Origin: Acidilobaceae archaeon
Lineage (GTDB): Archaea > Thermoproteota > Thermoprotei_A > Sulfolobales > Acidilobaceae
Length of the DNA stretch: 64,000 bases
Assembly: GCA_038824665.1 (NCBI GenBank)
Contig: JAWBBK010000001.1
Coordinates: 256,001 to 320,000, forward strand
Reading direction: 5' to 3'
A program made the position numbers and the translations under genes. Numbering within the stretch: position 1 is the stretch's first letter; each line of letters starts with the position of its first letter. Below the pieces are notes generated by a model, which had not been told where the DNA came from, did no database searches, and saw nothing but the letters and a program-made list of their open reading frames with translations. Below are positions 46,602-56,670 of the stretch, piece after piece.

Positions 46602-47939
46602 GTGGGACTGATCAAAGAAGCCAGATCATCACAGTTCGTAGATGAACTCTTCGAGATCTCCAAAACAGAAGGAGTAGACTACGAAGACCTAAGGAGAAGT
46701 GTAAGCGCTGGTAGGGTTATAGTGCTCAGGAACTTAGCTAGGCCTAAGCGACCAAGGCTTGTAGCAGTGGGCGAGGGCATGTTCACTAAGGTTAATGTGA
46801 ATGTGGGAACGAGCGGAGTACACGTTGACGTGAACCTAGAGCTAGAGAAAGTTAAAGTAGCTTTAGAGTACGGAACCGATACCATAATGGACTTAAGTAC
46901 CGGAGGAGATCTCGACGAAATCAGAAAGACTCTTCTTGAGGCGGCAAGCGGAACTCCTTTCGGTACAGTGCCAACATATCAGGCCTGGATTTACGGCATA
47001 AAGAAGTATGGAAGTATCGCTAGCATTCCAGCGGACTGGTTCATAGAGATTGTAGAAAGACATCTCCGAGACGGAGTTGACTTCATGACAATCCATGCAG
47101 GTATAACGCGAGAGCTAGTTGAAAGAGCTCTCACAGGAAGCAGAGTTATGCCGATCGTTAGTCGTGGAGGCGCAATGGTCGCTGTGTGGATAAAGGAGAC
47201 AGGCAGAGAGAATCCCTATTATTCAAATTGGTCTCAGCTTCTTGAACTCTTCGAAGAATACGACGCTACCATCAGCTTAGGCGACGCTCTGAGACCAGGA
47301 TGTCTTGTGGACTCTAATGACGAGTTACAGATATCGGAGATGATTGTCAATGCCAGATTAGCCAGAAGCGCAGTTGAGAGAGGAGTTCAGGTAATGATAG
47401 AAGGTCCTGGTCATATGAAGATGGATGAAATAGCGGCTAACGTAAAGCTTGAGAAATCTCTGACTGGCTTCCTACCGTACTACGTTCTAGGCCCTCTAGT
47501 AACGGACGTAGCGGTCGGCTACGATCACATAGCTGCAGCTATAGGTGCTGCCATAGCTTCCGCTAGCGGAGCTGATCTCATTTGCTATCTAACTCCAGCT
47601 GAACACCTCGGGCTACCTAACGTGGAGCAGGTGAAGGAGGGGCTGATAGCCTCCAAGATAGCTGCTCACGCAGGAGACCTAGTCAAAATAGGGAGGAGAG
47701 CAGCAAAGAAAGATATCGAGATCAGTCTGGCTAGAGCAAAACTGGATTGGGGAACACAGATAAAGCTCTCTCCCGACCCTCGAAGAGCGCTTGAGATTAG
47801 AAGTCAATTTCAAGGTTCAGCGCTCAAGTCCTGTACTATGTGTGGTCAGTATTGTGTCTTCCTATTGCTTGAGAAGCATGCAAGTAACAACAGCGTAGAA
47901 CCTCAAGACCTGCTCGAAAGGTTTCCAAAATACTCTTAG
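46602..47939 (+). CDS. thiC: Phosphomethylpyrimidine synthase
   Basis: [56 protein letters not shown]. Confidence 0.97.
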   Translation: MGLIKEARSSQFVDELFEISKTEGVDYEDLRRSVSAGRVIVLRNLARPKRPRLVAVGEGMFTKVNVNVGTSGVHVDVNLELEKVKVALEYGTDTIMDLSTGGDLDEIRKTLLEAASGTPFGTVPTYQAWIYGIKKYGSIASIPADWFIEIVERHLRDGVDFMTIHAGITRELVERALTGSRVMPIVSRGGAMVAVWIKETGRENPYYSNWSQLLELFEEYDATISLGDALRPGCLVDSNDELQISEMIVNARLARSAVERGVQVMIEGPGHMKMDEIAANVKLEKSLTGFLPYYVLGPLVTDVAVGYDHIAAAIGAAIASASGADLICYLTPAEHLGLPNVEQVKEGLIASKIAAHAGDLVKIGRRAAKKDIEISLARAKLDWGTQIKLSPDPRRALEIRSQFQGSALKSCTMCGQYCVFLLLEKHASNNSVEPQDLLERFPKYS

Positions 47940-48038
47940 GCTTTCGATATGAAGGGAGTTCTGCTGAGCGTAACGCTTATCGTATACTCCATCAACGCTT
48001 AAATTCGTAGGTTAGCGATCCTAAGTTGATGACGATCT

Positions 48039-48286
48039 ATGGGGCGAGTCCTCGAGGTTGACATGAGACCAGGAGGATCGTGTGGAGATAGTCCTTCATG
48101 GCTTTAAACAGATTAGCGAGTCGTGTAGAAACAGAGAAGCCAGATGCAATGAAGGTGAGAGTAGACCCCTCTCTGATTTCTCCAAGCGCGCTTCGGGTCG
48201 TTTTATCTCAAAAAGGATATGAGCTAGCTGAGACAACAAGAGTTAGCGAGTCAGACGTAACGTTCACCTTCATTAAGAAAAAGTAA
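48039..48286 (+). pseudogene. TusA/SirA-like small protein, apparently frameshifted near 48095
   Basis: Frame A MGRVLEVDMRPGGSCGDSP joins frame B MALNRLAS...KGYEL...VTFTFIKK; offset needs one extra base. Confidence 0.5.
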
Positions 48287-48396
48287 GTACAGGTCGTTCT
48301 GACTGGTTTACTTAAACAAATCAATTTATTTAGATCAAGGAGAATGAGCTACTCTTTATTAGCTTTACGCTCTCAAGAGTTTGCGGCTGGACAAAG

Positions 48397-48870
48397 ATGC
48401 CTAAAGTCGCAGTCCTCATGGGGAGCAAAAGCGATTGGGAACAAATGAAGCCTGCGGTCGATACGCTTCGAGAGTTTGGAGTAGAGGTCGAGGTTAGAGT
48501 TCTTTCAGCTCATAGAACTCCCGAAGAGCTAAGAGAATATGTAAAAACGGCAGCCGAAAGAGGAATAGAAGTGATCATAGCTGGAGCTGGCGGTGCAGCA
48601 CATCTGCCAGGCGTAGTAGCCTCTCTTACTCATCTTCCCGTTATCGGAGTCCCTGTACCGACTCAACATCTTCACGGACTCGATTCGCTCTTGTCTATAG
48701 TTCAAATGCCTTCAGGAGTCCCAGTAGCCACTGTTGGGATAGGAGCATCTAAGAACGCAGCTCTCTTAGCTATCAGGATACTGAGCTTGAAGTACTCACA
48801 TTTGGTAGATAAATTAGAGAAATATAAAGAAAAAATGAAAGCAGAGACTCTTTCAGCCAAGTTAGAGTAG
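48397..48870 (+). CDS. purE: N5-CAIR mutase / AIR carboxylase
   Basis: [37 protein letters not shown]. Confidence 0.97.
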   Translation: MPKVAVLMGSKSDWEQMKPAVDTLREFGVEVEVRVLSAHRTPEELREYVKTAAERGIEVIIAGAGGAAHLPGVVASLTHLPVIGVPVPTQHLHGLDSLLSIVQMPSGVPVATVGIGASKNAALLAIRILSLKYSHLVDKLEKYKEKMKAETLSAKLE

Positions 48871-48877
48871 CTTTCAT

Positions 48878-49966
48878 TTAGGTAATAACTTTTTCAAGAG
48901 CTTTCTTTTGGATCGCTATTCTGATTTCTCTAGCTATTCTTCTTCCCATAGACATAGGCTCGTCCCAATACAAGAACGAATAGGGGCTTCCATAGACGTA
49001 AAGGTTGGTTCCGGCTACTATACGTCCTGAAAACTCGAAGACCTTTATCTTCATGTCTCTATCTATAACGGATTCTAGACAGAAAGGTCCCACAATACCG
49101 TAAGGACTCAACCTTTTGGTAGCTTCTACGAATTTGAGACCGTACTCCAGGTATTTGACCAAGAGGCTCTCTCTCAAAACTAGAGGCAAGTTACCGACGA
49201 CAGTAAACGTGGGATCAGAAAAGATTCTTTCAGCTAGTCTAAAAGGTATCCTCGAAAGCCCATCTACATCACTCTCATATCTTATATCGGCTCCTAGGAT
49301 CTCGAGTCTTTCCAGAATAGGGCTGTAGAAATAATGAACATATGCTGTAACTCCGACTACATACTCTTGAATTATAACGTCTTCAGGTTTTGAAATAGAC
49401 CCCGAAGCCACTAGATTCATAATTTTCTTTCTCACAGCTTCGGGATCGCTTTCTACGAAGTAACCTCTTCCTCCCTTGGCTCCAGGAAGCTTGACTATGA
49501 CGAGACCCTCAAAGCGCTCGTTTAATCTGTAGCTCTTAGGCGTAGGGATGCCAGCATCGCTAAGAAGCCTCATCTTCTTGTGTTGATCTGCCTCAATTCT
49601 GAAGATCTGCCTTAATCCGAATATCGGAACTCTCACTTGTTCAGCACAGTCAAGCCCAACGTACTCTACGAAGCTACCGTGAGGCACTAGCACGCTGTTC
49701 TCTTCTCTTAGAGTCTTAACGACATCAAGAAGGCAGAGGTCTTTCCACTTCCGAACCTTCACGAACTTGTCTACAAGGTGACGGAACTGTTCATAAAACC
49801 AAGCTCTCTCGTCTTCGACTATCAAAACGGTCCTAAAGCCTTCTTTCTTAGCTCCGTGGACTATCTGGAGAGCTGAATGACTCGCTAAAGTAGCTATGGA
49901 GATCCTATCATAGTCGTAGTTCTCTAGAAGCTCATCAATAGAGGGGCTTGACGTTAAGCGCTCCAT
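48878..49966 (-). CDS. purP: AICAR formyltransferase PurP (formate-dependent, ATP-grasp)
   Basis: [49 protein letters not shown]. Confidence 0.92.
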   Translation of the reverse strand: MERLTSSPSIDELLENYDYDRISIATLASHSALQIVHGAKKEGFRTVLIVEDERAWFYEQFRHLVDKFVKVRKWKDLCLLDVVKTLREENSVLVPHGSFVEYVGLDCAEQVRVPIFGLRQIFRIEADQHKKMRLLSDAGIPTPKSYRLNERFEGLVIVKLPGAKGGRGYFVESDPEAVRKKIMNLVASGSISKPEDVIIQEYVVGVTAYVHYFYSPILERLEILGADIRYESDVDGLSRIPFRLAERIFSDPTFTVVGNLPLVLRESLLVKYLEYGLKFVEATKRLSPYGIVGPFCLESVIDRDMKIKVFEFSGRIVAGTNLYVYGSPYSFLYWDEPMSMGRRIAREIRIAIQKKALEKVIT

Positions 49967-50158
49967 AACTTAGCCCAGGCTCTCGGTATCTGACGAACCG
50001 TATTAACGGTCCTTAATAGCGATCTTGTAAACGATGACGATAATTGTTTGAATCAACGATATGGTTGAAGGTGACGATCTGGTGACGGAGTTGTATAGTT
50101 CTAGGACGTAATCAATAAATACTGAAGACTGTAATCTTAAATTATCGGTTGTAGATAA
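49967..50158. promoter_or_regulatory. Divergent promoter region purP/purC
   Basis: AT-rich boxes, ACCGT-N4-ACGGT (49997-50010), GGTGACG direct repeat (50070, 50081). Confidence 0.55.
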
Positions 50159-50902
50159 ATGACTTTGAGGCTTATATATGAAGGAAAGAGTAAGCTCGTT
50201 TATGAACTCGATCCGGAGAGACTGGTTATTGAATTTAAAGATGAAGTGACCGCAGGAGATGGAGCAATAAGGTCTCACGTCTCAGGTAAAGGCGTTCTGT
50301 GCGCTAGAGTCTCAGCTCATCTTTTCTCTGTCTTATCTAGCGCTGGCATAACTACTCACATGCTCGATTTCGATGGATACAAGAAGATGACAGTAAAGAA
50401 GCTCAACATGATACCCGTAGAAGTCATAGTGAGAAACGCAGCTTATGGGTCTCTCTTAAAACGTATGCCTAAGTTCAGTAGTCTTCAGCCGTTCGATCCA
50501 CCTCTAGTAGAGTTCCACTACAAGGACGACTCTCTTCATGATCCTCTGATCTTGCCGGAGGACATAATCTATGCAAAGATCTTAAGTAAAGAGGAGCTAA
50601 ACAAAGTTATAGAGATAGCTCTTAAAGCGAATAAAGTGTTAGTTGAGCGCTTCTCTAAAGCGGGCTTAAAGCTTATCGATATCAAGTTCGAGTTCGGCTT
50701 CGATAATAAGAACAACTTAGTGCTAGCCGATGAGATATCGGGCGATACCTTCAGAGTTCTCGATGAGAACGGTAGACATCTAGACAAAGAAGTATTCAGG
50801 AAGACAAAGAACGTCAAAACTCTCATAGAGGCATACGTAGAGCTAGCAAAGCGTTTAGGAGTTCCCTACAGTGATGTTGTAAGTCAGGAGATGACACAGT
50901 GA
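50159..50902 (+). CDS. purC: SAICAR synthase
   Basis: YEGKSK, FKDEVTAGDG, IPVEVIVRN, DIKFEFG, LADEISGDT. Confidence 0.97.
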   Translation: MTLRLIYEGKSKLVYELDPERLVIEFKDEVTAGDGAIRSHVSGKGVLCARVSAHLFSVLSSAGITTHMLDFDGYKKMTVKKLNMIPVEVIVRNAAYGSLLKRMPKFSSLQPFDPPLVEFHYKDDSLHDPLILPEDIIYAKILSKEELNKVIEIALKANKVLVERFSKAGLKLIDIKFEFGFDNKNNLVLADEISGDTFRVLDENGRHLDKEVFRKTKNVKTLIEAYVELAKRLGVPYSDVVSQEMTQ

Positions 50903-51153
50903 AGTTCTATGTAGAAGCTATAGTCACCTATAAGAAAGAGCTTAGAGACCCCGAAGGAGAGACCATACTAGAGCATCTTGTAAAAAAGAGGGGTTATTCT
51001 TCGGTTTCTCAAATACGTACAGGCAAGTACTATCTTATGGTTGTCGAGGCTTCGAGTCCTCAGGAGGCAATAGTGCTCGTCAAAGAGATGTGTGACAAGC
51101 TTAGGATCTACAACCCTATAGTAAACGACCTCGAGGTAAGGGTCCGTGAGTAA
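50899..51153 (+). CDS. purS: FGAM synthase subunit PurS
   Basis: RDPEGETI, RTGK, NPIV; position purC-S-Q-L. Confidence 0.93.
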   Translation: MKFYVEAIVTYKKELRDPEGETILEHLVKKRGYSSVSQIRTGKYYLMVVEASSPQEAIVLVKEMCDKLRIYNPIVNDLEVRVRE

Positions 51154-51832
51154 GGTAGCGGTAATCAAGTTTCCTGGAACTAATTGCGATGAAGACGTAG
51201 TTCAAGCTCTCAGACACTTTGGAGTCAACGCGGAGATCGTGTGGTACAAAGACTTTAGAGTAGGTGAGTGGGAAGCTGTAGTGATACCGGGAGGCTTTAG
51301 TTATGGAGATTGGCTAAGAGCAGGAGCTATAGCGGCTAGGACTAAACCGCTCGAAGAAATCAAAGAGGCTTCAGATCGAGGCTTACCGGTGCTCGGAATA
51401 TGTAATGGCTTTCAGATACTTGTTGAGACCGGTCTCCTTCCTGGAGCACTTCTTCCAAACGAGAGCGGTAAGTTCGTGTGCAGATGGGTTAGAGTCAAAG
51501 CAGAGAACCCGAAAGGACCATGGCTTAAGTTAGTAGAAGACGGCGAGTCTTTAGACATGCCCGTAGCTCATGGAGAGGGCAGATACTATACTGATCAGTC
51601 TAGCTACGATATTCTCAGAGAGACAGAGTCTCTGTTGCGCTATACCAAGGGGTTTAATCCAAACGGGAGCTTATACGACATAGCTGGTGTAACCTCTAAG
51701 AGAGGACAGATTTTAGGCCTTATGCCTCATCCTGAGAGAGCGTACATAAAGAGGCTTACGCCAAGAGGCTTTAGTCCTGGAGGCGCTAAGATCTTCCAGA
51801 GCCTCAAAGAGTCTCTCCTTAACGGGTGGTAA
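51146..51832 (+). CDS. purQ: FGAM synthase glutaminase subunit
   Basis: FPGTNCD, PGGFSYGD, GICNGFQ, AHGEG, NPNGS, MPHPER. Confidence 0.97.
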   Translation: MSKVAVIKFPGTNCDEDVVQALRHFGVNAEIVWYKDFRVGEWEAVVIPGGFSYGDWLRAGAIAARTKPLEEIKEASDRGLPVLGICNGFQILVETGLLPGALLPNESGKFVCRWVRVKAENPKGPWLKLVEDGESLDMPVAHGEGRYYTDQSSYDILRETESLLRYTKGFNPNGSLYDIAGVTSKRGQILGLMPHPERAYIKRLTPRGFSPGGAKIFQSLKESLLNGW

Positions 51833-51837
51833 AACAA

Positions 51838-54024
51838 ATGCCTCTAAGCAATAGCGAAATAGAGGAAATTAAGAAGCTCTTAGGCAGAGAGCCCACTATA
51901 GAAGAGTTAGCTATGTTCGAAGCTCAGTGGAGTGAGCACTGTTCGTACAAAAGTAGCAGGCTTTTGCTTAAGCTCCTACCTACAGAGGACAAGCATGTAG
52001 TCGTAGGTCCTGGGAGAGATGCTCCAGCTGTAGAAGTGTTTCCAGGAGTTCTGGTGGTGTTCAAAATAGAGAGTCACAACCACCCGTCGGCCGTAGATCC
52101 TTACAACGGCGCGGCTACAGGGATTGGAGGTGTAGTAAGAGACGTCTTAACGCTTGGAGCTAAGCCTATAGCTCTTCTCGACCTGCTTTACTTAGGTGAA
52201 CCTCAGGACTCTCACTCTTTATGGCTTATCAGAGGCATAGTCAAAGGGATAAGCGATTACGGAAACCGCATAGGAGTTCCTACAGTGGCTGGAGACACGT
52301 TTTTCGATCGGAGCTTCAACAGACAACCCTTGGTCAACGTAGGTTGTGTAGGAGTTCTTCCGAAGTCGAGACTTCTGAACGATTCTCCAAAGCCAGGCGA
52401 CTTTATAGTGATAGCGGGTAACGCTACAGGCAGGGACGGACTGTTAGGAAGTAGCTTCGCCTCTAAGCCTCTTGAGGAAGACGTAGACAAAGACATTGGA
52501 GCAGTTCAGGTAGGAGATCCTTTAACGGAAAAGCTCTTGATCGATGCTATCCTTCATCTAACTGAGCGAGGTCTGATCAGGTACGTGAAAGACCTAGGAG
52601 GCGGAGGGCTTACAACAGCTGTTTCTGAAGTAGCAGCGGAACACGGATTAGGAGCTTCTATATATTTAGATAGGCTTCACACTAGACAAAAACTAACGCC
52701 TTTAGAGCTTTTAGTCTCTGAGAGTCAGGAACGTATGCTATTGGTTGTAGAACCATCTAAGTTATCTGAAGTCTTGAAAGTTCTCGAGATCTACGATCTA
52801 CGTTACAGCGTGCTCGGATACTTTGACGATACTGGAAAGATAAAAGCATATTTCGGAGAGAGACTAGTTGCAGATGTCCCAGCTAAAGAGCTCGCTAAGC
52901 CTAGAGCTATCAGAAGGGAGTCTCTACCTCCTCAAGAAGCGCTGAAAGGGTTGACTCCCATAACGAAGTTACCAGAACTCGATGACTTAGCTAAAGCCGC
53001 TCTTAAGGTCTTGTCTTCTCCCAACATAGCTTCAAAGAGGTGGATATTTGAACAATATGATCATGAAGTAGGAGCTAGAACAGTGGTCAAGCCAGGCTAT
53101 GCTGATGCAGCGGTTTTAGCTCTTGACGAAAGAGGAAGAGGTATAGCCATTAAAGGCGACGCTAACCCACGTTATACTTACCTAGATCCTTTCAATGGAG
53201 CTGCTAACTCTGTAGCTGAGTGTTTTAGAAATCTCTCGGCAGTAGGCTCAAAGCCTCTAGCCATAGTCGACGAGTTGAATGCCGGAAATCCTGAAATCCC
53301 AGAGCAATACTGGTACTTTGAGATGATGGCTAAAGGAGTAGCTTGGATGAGCAAAGAGCTTGGATTACCTGTAGTAGGAGGTAAAGTTAGTTTTTACAAT
53401 ACAGATCATACAGGAAAACAGGTCAAACCAACAACTACGATAATCGGGATCGGCAGAGTTGAAAACGTAGACCACGTTGTTACAATGGACTTTAAAGAAG
53501 AAGGAAGCTACATAGTTGTGGTAGGCACTACCTATCCCGAGCTAGGAGGTTCGGAATACCTTCACGTCGTGTATGGACTTGAAATCGGAGAGATACCAAA
53601 GCCTAGACCTGTATCTGAAACGAAGAATTCGCTTTTAGTTAGAAGCGCTATCAAGAAAGGCTTAGTCTTAGCGGCTCATGACGTAAGTTCGGGAGGACTT
53701 GCTGCAGCTCTTTTAGAAATGGCTGTTCTGGGAGGCATTGCTTTCAAGATAGATTTAGCGAAAGCTCCCTCTAAGGGAATAATGAGACTTGACGAACTTC
53801 TCTTTTCTGAAACACAGGCCAGATATGTTCTCGAAGTCAGACAGGATAAAATAGGAAGGCTTAAGAAGTTAGCTGAAAGATTAGGAGTTGATGTAGAGGT
53901 CATAGGTAGAACGGTAGGCAACGGAAAGATTATGTTTGAGCATGAAGGCAAAGAGGTCTTTAGTTTGGATTTAGGTGACGCAAGAGTCGCTTATGAGAGC
54001 TTAGAGAAAGTGTTGGAGGTGTAA
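51838..54024 (+). CDS. purL: FGAM synthase subunit PurL
   Basis: WSEHCSYKSS, ESHNHPS, GAATGIGG, DLGGGG, SESQERM, QYDHEV, GGKVSFYN. Confidence 0.97.
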   Translation: MPLSNSEIEEIKKLLGREPTIEELAMFEAQWSEHCSYKSSRLLLKLLPTEDKHVVVGPGRDAPAVEVFPGVLVVFKIESHNHPSAVDPYNGAATGIGGVVRDVLTLGAKPIALLDLLYLGEPQDSHSLWLIRGIVKGISDYGNRIGVPTVAGDTFFDRSFNRQPLVNVGCVGVLPKSRLLNDSPKPGDFIVIAGNATGRDGLLGSSFASKPLEEDVDKDIGAVQVGDPLTEKLLIDAILHLTERGLIRYVKDLGGGGLTTAVSEVAAEHGLGASIYLDRLHTRQKLTPLELLVSESQERMLLVVEPSKLSEVLKVLEIYDLRYSVLGYFDDTGKIKAYFGERLVADVPAKELAKPRAIRRESLPPQEALKGLTPITKLPELDDLAKAALKVLSSPNIASKRWIFEQYDHEVGARTVVKPGYADAAVLALDERGRGIAIKGDANPRYTYLDPFNGAANSVAECFRNLSAVGSKPLAIVDELNAGNPEIPEQYWYFEMMAKGVAWMSKELGLPVVGGKVSFYNTDHTGKQVKPTTTIIGIGRVENVDHVVTMDFKEEGSYIVVVGTTYPELGGSEYLHVVYGLEIGEIPKPRPVSETKNSLLVRSAIKKGLVLAAHDVSSGGLAAALLEMAVLGGIAFKIDLAKAPSKGIMRLDELLFSETQARYVLEVRQDKIGRLKKLAERLGVDVEVIGRTVGNGKIMFEHEGKEVFSLDLGDARVAYESLEKVLEV

Positions 54025-54028
54025 TAAG

Positions 54029-55396
54029 ATGGGAGGGCTCACAGGATTTCTAGGAGGCAAAGACCCTCTTCGTATGCTTTCTTTGTTGACTCTAGAAACC
54101 ATGCATAGAGGTTGGGATCTAATCGGACTAACCTTTGCTGTCTCTAAACAAGACAGAGTTACGCTAATACCGAAATATTACAGCATCGGCTCGTGGTATC
54201 GCTTCTTGACAGAGCGCTTAAAGAAGGTTAGCGCTTCTTCTAGTGTCGACTCTTCGATCGTAGGAGGTATTGGGTACGTCGGTGAGACCTCTCAAATTCT
54301 GATACCGGCTGTAGAGAAAACTGGAAATCTAAAGCTCGCTGTAGCCATAGATGGCGACGTGCTTAACTTAGAAGAGATCGCAAATAGGCTTAACGTAAGC
54401 AGTACAGGAAGCAAAATTGAGGTCTTAGCGCGCGTTTTAGTTGCGTTATCTCGAGAAAGCGGAGGAGACTTGCTAGAAGCTGTGAAGTCTTTTGTAGACA
54501 TTGCAATAGGCGGCTTTAGCCTTGTAGCTATAAGCTCTGAGCCTAGAATCGTGATAGCTAAAGACGCTAGAGGCTTCAAACCGTTATCTTATGCCGTTAC
54601 AGACTCAGGTCTTGCTGTAGCTTCTGAAACCTCTGCTCTTCAAACCCTCCGTTTAGACTGGAGAGAACTGGATCCTGGAGCTATAGCTTCCTTTGATGGA
54701 AAGGACTTCGAGCTAGTCAAAGCTAAAGCGAAAGACCCTGCTCCTTGTGCTTTCGAGTTCGTTTATATATCTAGACCGGATTCAGTGTTCCACGGAGTTC
54801 AGGTCTATACAGCTAAGTTTAATCTAGGAAGAGAGTTAGCGAAGATAGCTGAGGTCAAAGCCGATATCGTCACTCCGCTGCCTGACAGTGGAAGAATTGC
54901 AGCTCTCGGGTATAGCCGAGAAAGCGGTATACCGCTTGAAGAAGCAGTTTACGCCGTTAAGTATGTAGGCAGAAGCTTTCTCGCTCCACCAGAAATCAGA
55001 GGAACCATAGCGGACGCTAAATATGGAATCGTGAGTAGCGTCATCATGAACAAGTCCGTAGTGGTAGTTGATGACTCAATAGTGAGAGGAACCACTATGC
55101 GGAGAATTTCGAGAAGGCTTAGAGCAACAGGAGCACGAGAGATACATTTAAGGATATCTTGTCCTAGGTTCGCTTATCCCTGTCCTATAAATAGCGAGGT
55201 CTCAGCTCATGAGCTAGCGGCTAGAGCTACTCATTCCTTTGAAAAAGAAATAGGGGTCGAAAGCTTAGCTCATAACTCTGTCGAGGGATTAAAGAGAGCT
55301 ATAGGCCTAGAGAAGCTATGTACTGCTTGTTTTTCAGGAGAGTGTCCTCTCAGAGGCCTTTCTGAGACTCCTCTGAACGAGATTAAAGAACGGTGA
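54029..55396 (+). CDS. purF: Amidophosphoribosyltransferase paralog 1; glutaminase residues degenerate
   Basis: GFKPL, ASETSAL, CAFEFVYISRPDS, PDSG, VDDSIVRGTT, LCTACFSG; N-terminus MGGLTG lacks Cys1. Confidence 0.88.
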   Translation: MGGLTGFLGGKDPLRMLSLLTLETMHRGWDLIGLTFAVSKQDRVTLIPKYYSIGSWYRFLTERLKKVSASSSVDSSIVGGIGYVGETSQILIPAVEKTGNLKLAVAIDGDVLNLEEIANRLNVSSTGSKIEVLARVLVALSRESGGDLLEAVKSFVDIAIGGFSLVAISSEPRIVIAKDARGFKPLSYAVTDSGLAVASETSALQTLRLDWRELDPGAIASFDGKDFELVKAKAKDPAPCAFEFVYISRPDSVFHGVQVYTAKFNLGRELAKIAEVKADIVTPLPDSGRIAALGYSRESGIPLEEAVYAVKYVGRSFLAPPEIRGTIADAKYGIVSSVIMNKSVVVVDDSIVRGTTMRRISRRLRATGAREIHLRISCPRFAYPCPINSEVSAHELAARATHSFEKEIGVESLAHNSVEGLKRAIGLEKLCTACFSGECPLRGLSETPLNEIKER

Positions 55397-55404
55397 GATA
55401 AAGA

Positions 55405-56670
55405 GTGGTTGCCTTACTAAGCGTTTTAGCTTTTGACGACCTTTGGGACGTTTCTCCAATGATAAGATACGGTCTCTTATCGTTAAGACATAGAGGTAAC
55501 GAGCGCTATCTAACGTGCGTTACCGATGGAAGCAAGCTTTCGTGTAGGTGGTCAAAGTCTATAGAAGGTGTTGTTGAGCGAGGTCGTTCTGTAGCGATAG
55601 TTGCAGCGTTTCCGTCAGATTCTGTAGACTCAGCTCACGCTGTAGGAGCGTATGGAGAAGTAGAGGTAGCGGTCATAGCTTCTCGAGAATACCGAGAGCT
55701 CCCTGTGCTAGCTTATAGCATAGCGTCTGCTCTATCAGCAGAAGCGACAAACACGTTATCGAAACTAGAGAGGGCTCTGAACGAGTTCAAAGACCTTCCT
55801 TCGTTTTTAGCTATATCAAATAGAGGAGAGATAATAGCTCATCGAGACGCTTTAGGACTCACTCCTTTAGTTCTCGGAGGCTACGGATTTGACTTAGCTA
55901 TTGTGGCTTCTGAGTCTTCAGCTATTGAAATACTCGATGGAGAGGTGAGACGTCATCTAGAGCCTGGAGAGTTCGTTTTCCTCTCTAGAAGATTCGTGAA
56001 GACTAAGAGAAGAGATGTAAGTCCTTGTGGACTATGTCTCTTCGAGCTCCTCTATATGGCTAGACACGATTCTGTAGTTGACGGAGTAAGCGTCTACGAG
56101 TTTAGAAGAACTCTAGGCGCGAGGTTGACAAAAGGGATGAAGAACTCTAGCGAAGTAGACGTGGTTGTAGGAGTTCCTGAAAGCGCTATACCTTACGCTA
56201 TCGGTTTAGCTGAAGCTCTTAGAAAACCTTACGATCTAGCCTTCGTGCCGACCGTAAGGATGAGGTCGATGCTGAAAAGCAATCCACTTTACAAACTGAT
56301 AGCGATCCACTTAAAGATGAATCCTATTAGGAGCGCTCTAGAGGGCAAGAGAGTAGCTATAGTCGATGACAGCATGGTAACGGGCGCTACAGCTAAAACA
56401 GTCTCTCAGCTTTTGAGGCTGAGAATCGGAGCCAAAGAGGTTCACTTCTTTGTAGCTAGTCCACCAATAGTCAACGAATGTCCATACTCTCTTTTGAAGT
56501 TCAATAGAGAAAGCCTAGTTGCCGCAAATCTCTCTAGCTCAGACATAGAGAGTTATCTAGAAGTAGACTCGCTCACATGGCTCTCTCTCGACGACGTGAA
56601 GAAAGAAGCTGAGTCTAGAGATTTGCGTATCTGTTCAGCGTGCTTTACGAGCGAGGCTGGAAGAAGATGA
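55405..56670 (+). CDS. purF: Amidophosphoribosyltransferase paralog 2 (crenarchaeal Cys-less type)
   Basis: VLAFDDLW, LRHRG, ASESSA, LCLFELLYMARHDS, VDDSMVTGAT, CSACF. Confidence 0.85.
   Translation: MVALLSVLAFDDLWDVSPMIRYGLLSLRHRGNERYLTCVTDGSKLSCRWSKSIEGVVERGRSVAIVAAFPSDSVDSAHAVGAYGEVEVAVIASREYRELPVLAYSIASALSAEATNTLSKLERALNEFKDLPSFLAISNRGEIIAHRDALGLTPLVLGGYGFDLAIVASESSAIEILDGEVRRHLEPGEFVFLSRRFVKTKRRDVSPCGLCLFELLYMARHDSVVDGVSVYEFRRTLGARLTKGMKNSSEVDVVVGVPESAIPYAIGLAEALRKPYDLAFVPTVRMRSMLKSNPLYKLIAIHLKMNPIRSALEGKRVAIVDDSMVTGATAKTVSQLLRLRIGAKEVHFFVASPPIVNECPYSLLKFNRESLVAANLSSSDIESYLEVDSLTWLSLDDVKKEAESRDLRICSACFTSEAGRR

Noticed and set aside
50003-50278. 91-aa minus-strand ORF and C/D-like words in the pur intergenic region
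   Set aside because: Overlaps purC antisense; AT-rich promoter sequence without proper box spacing
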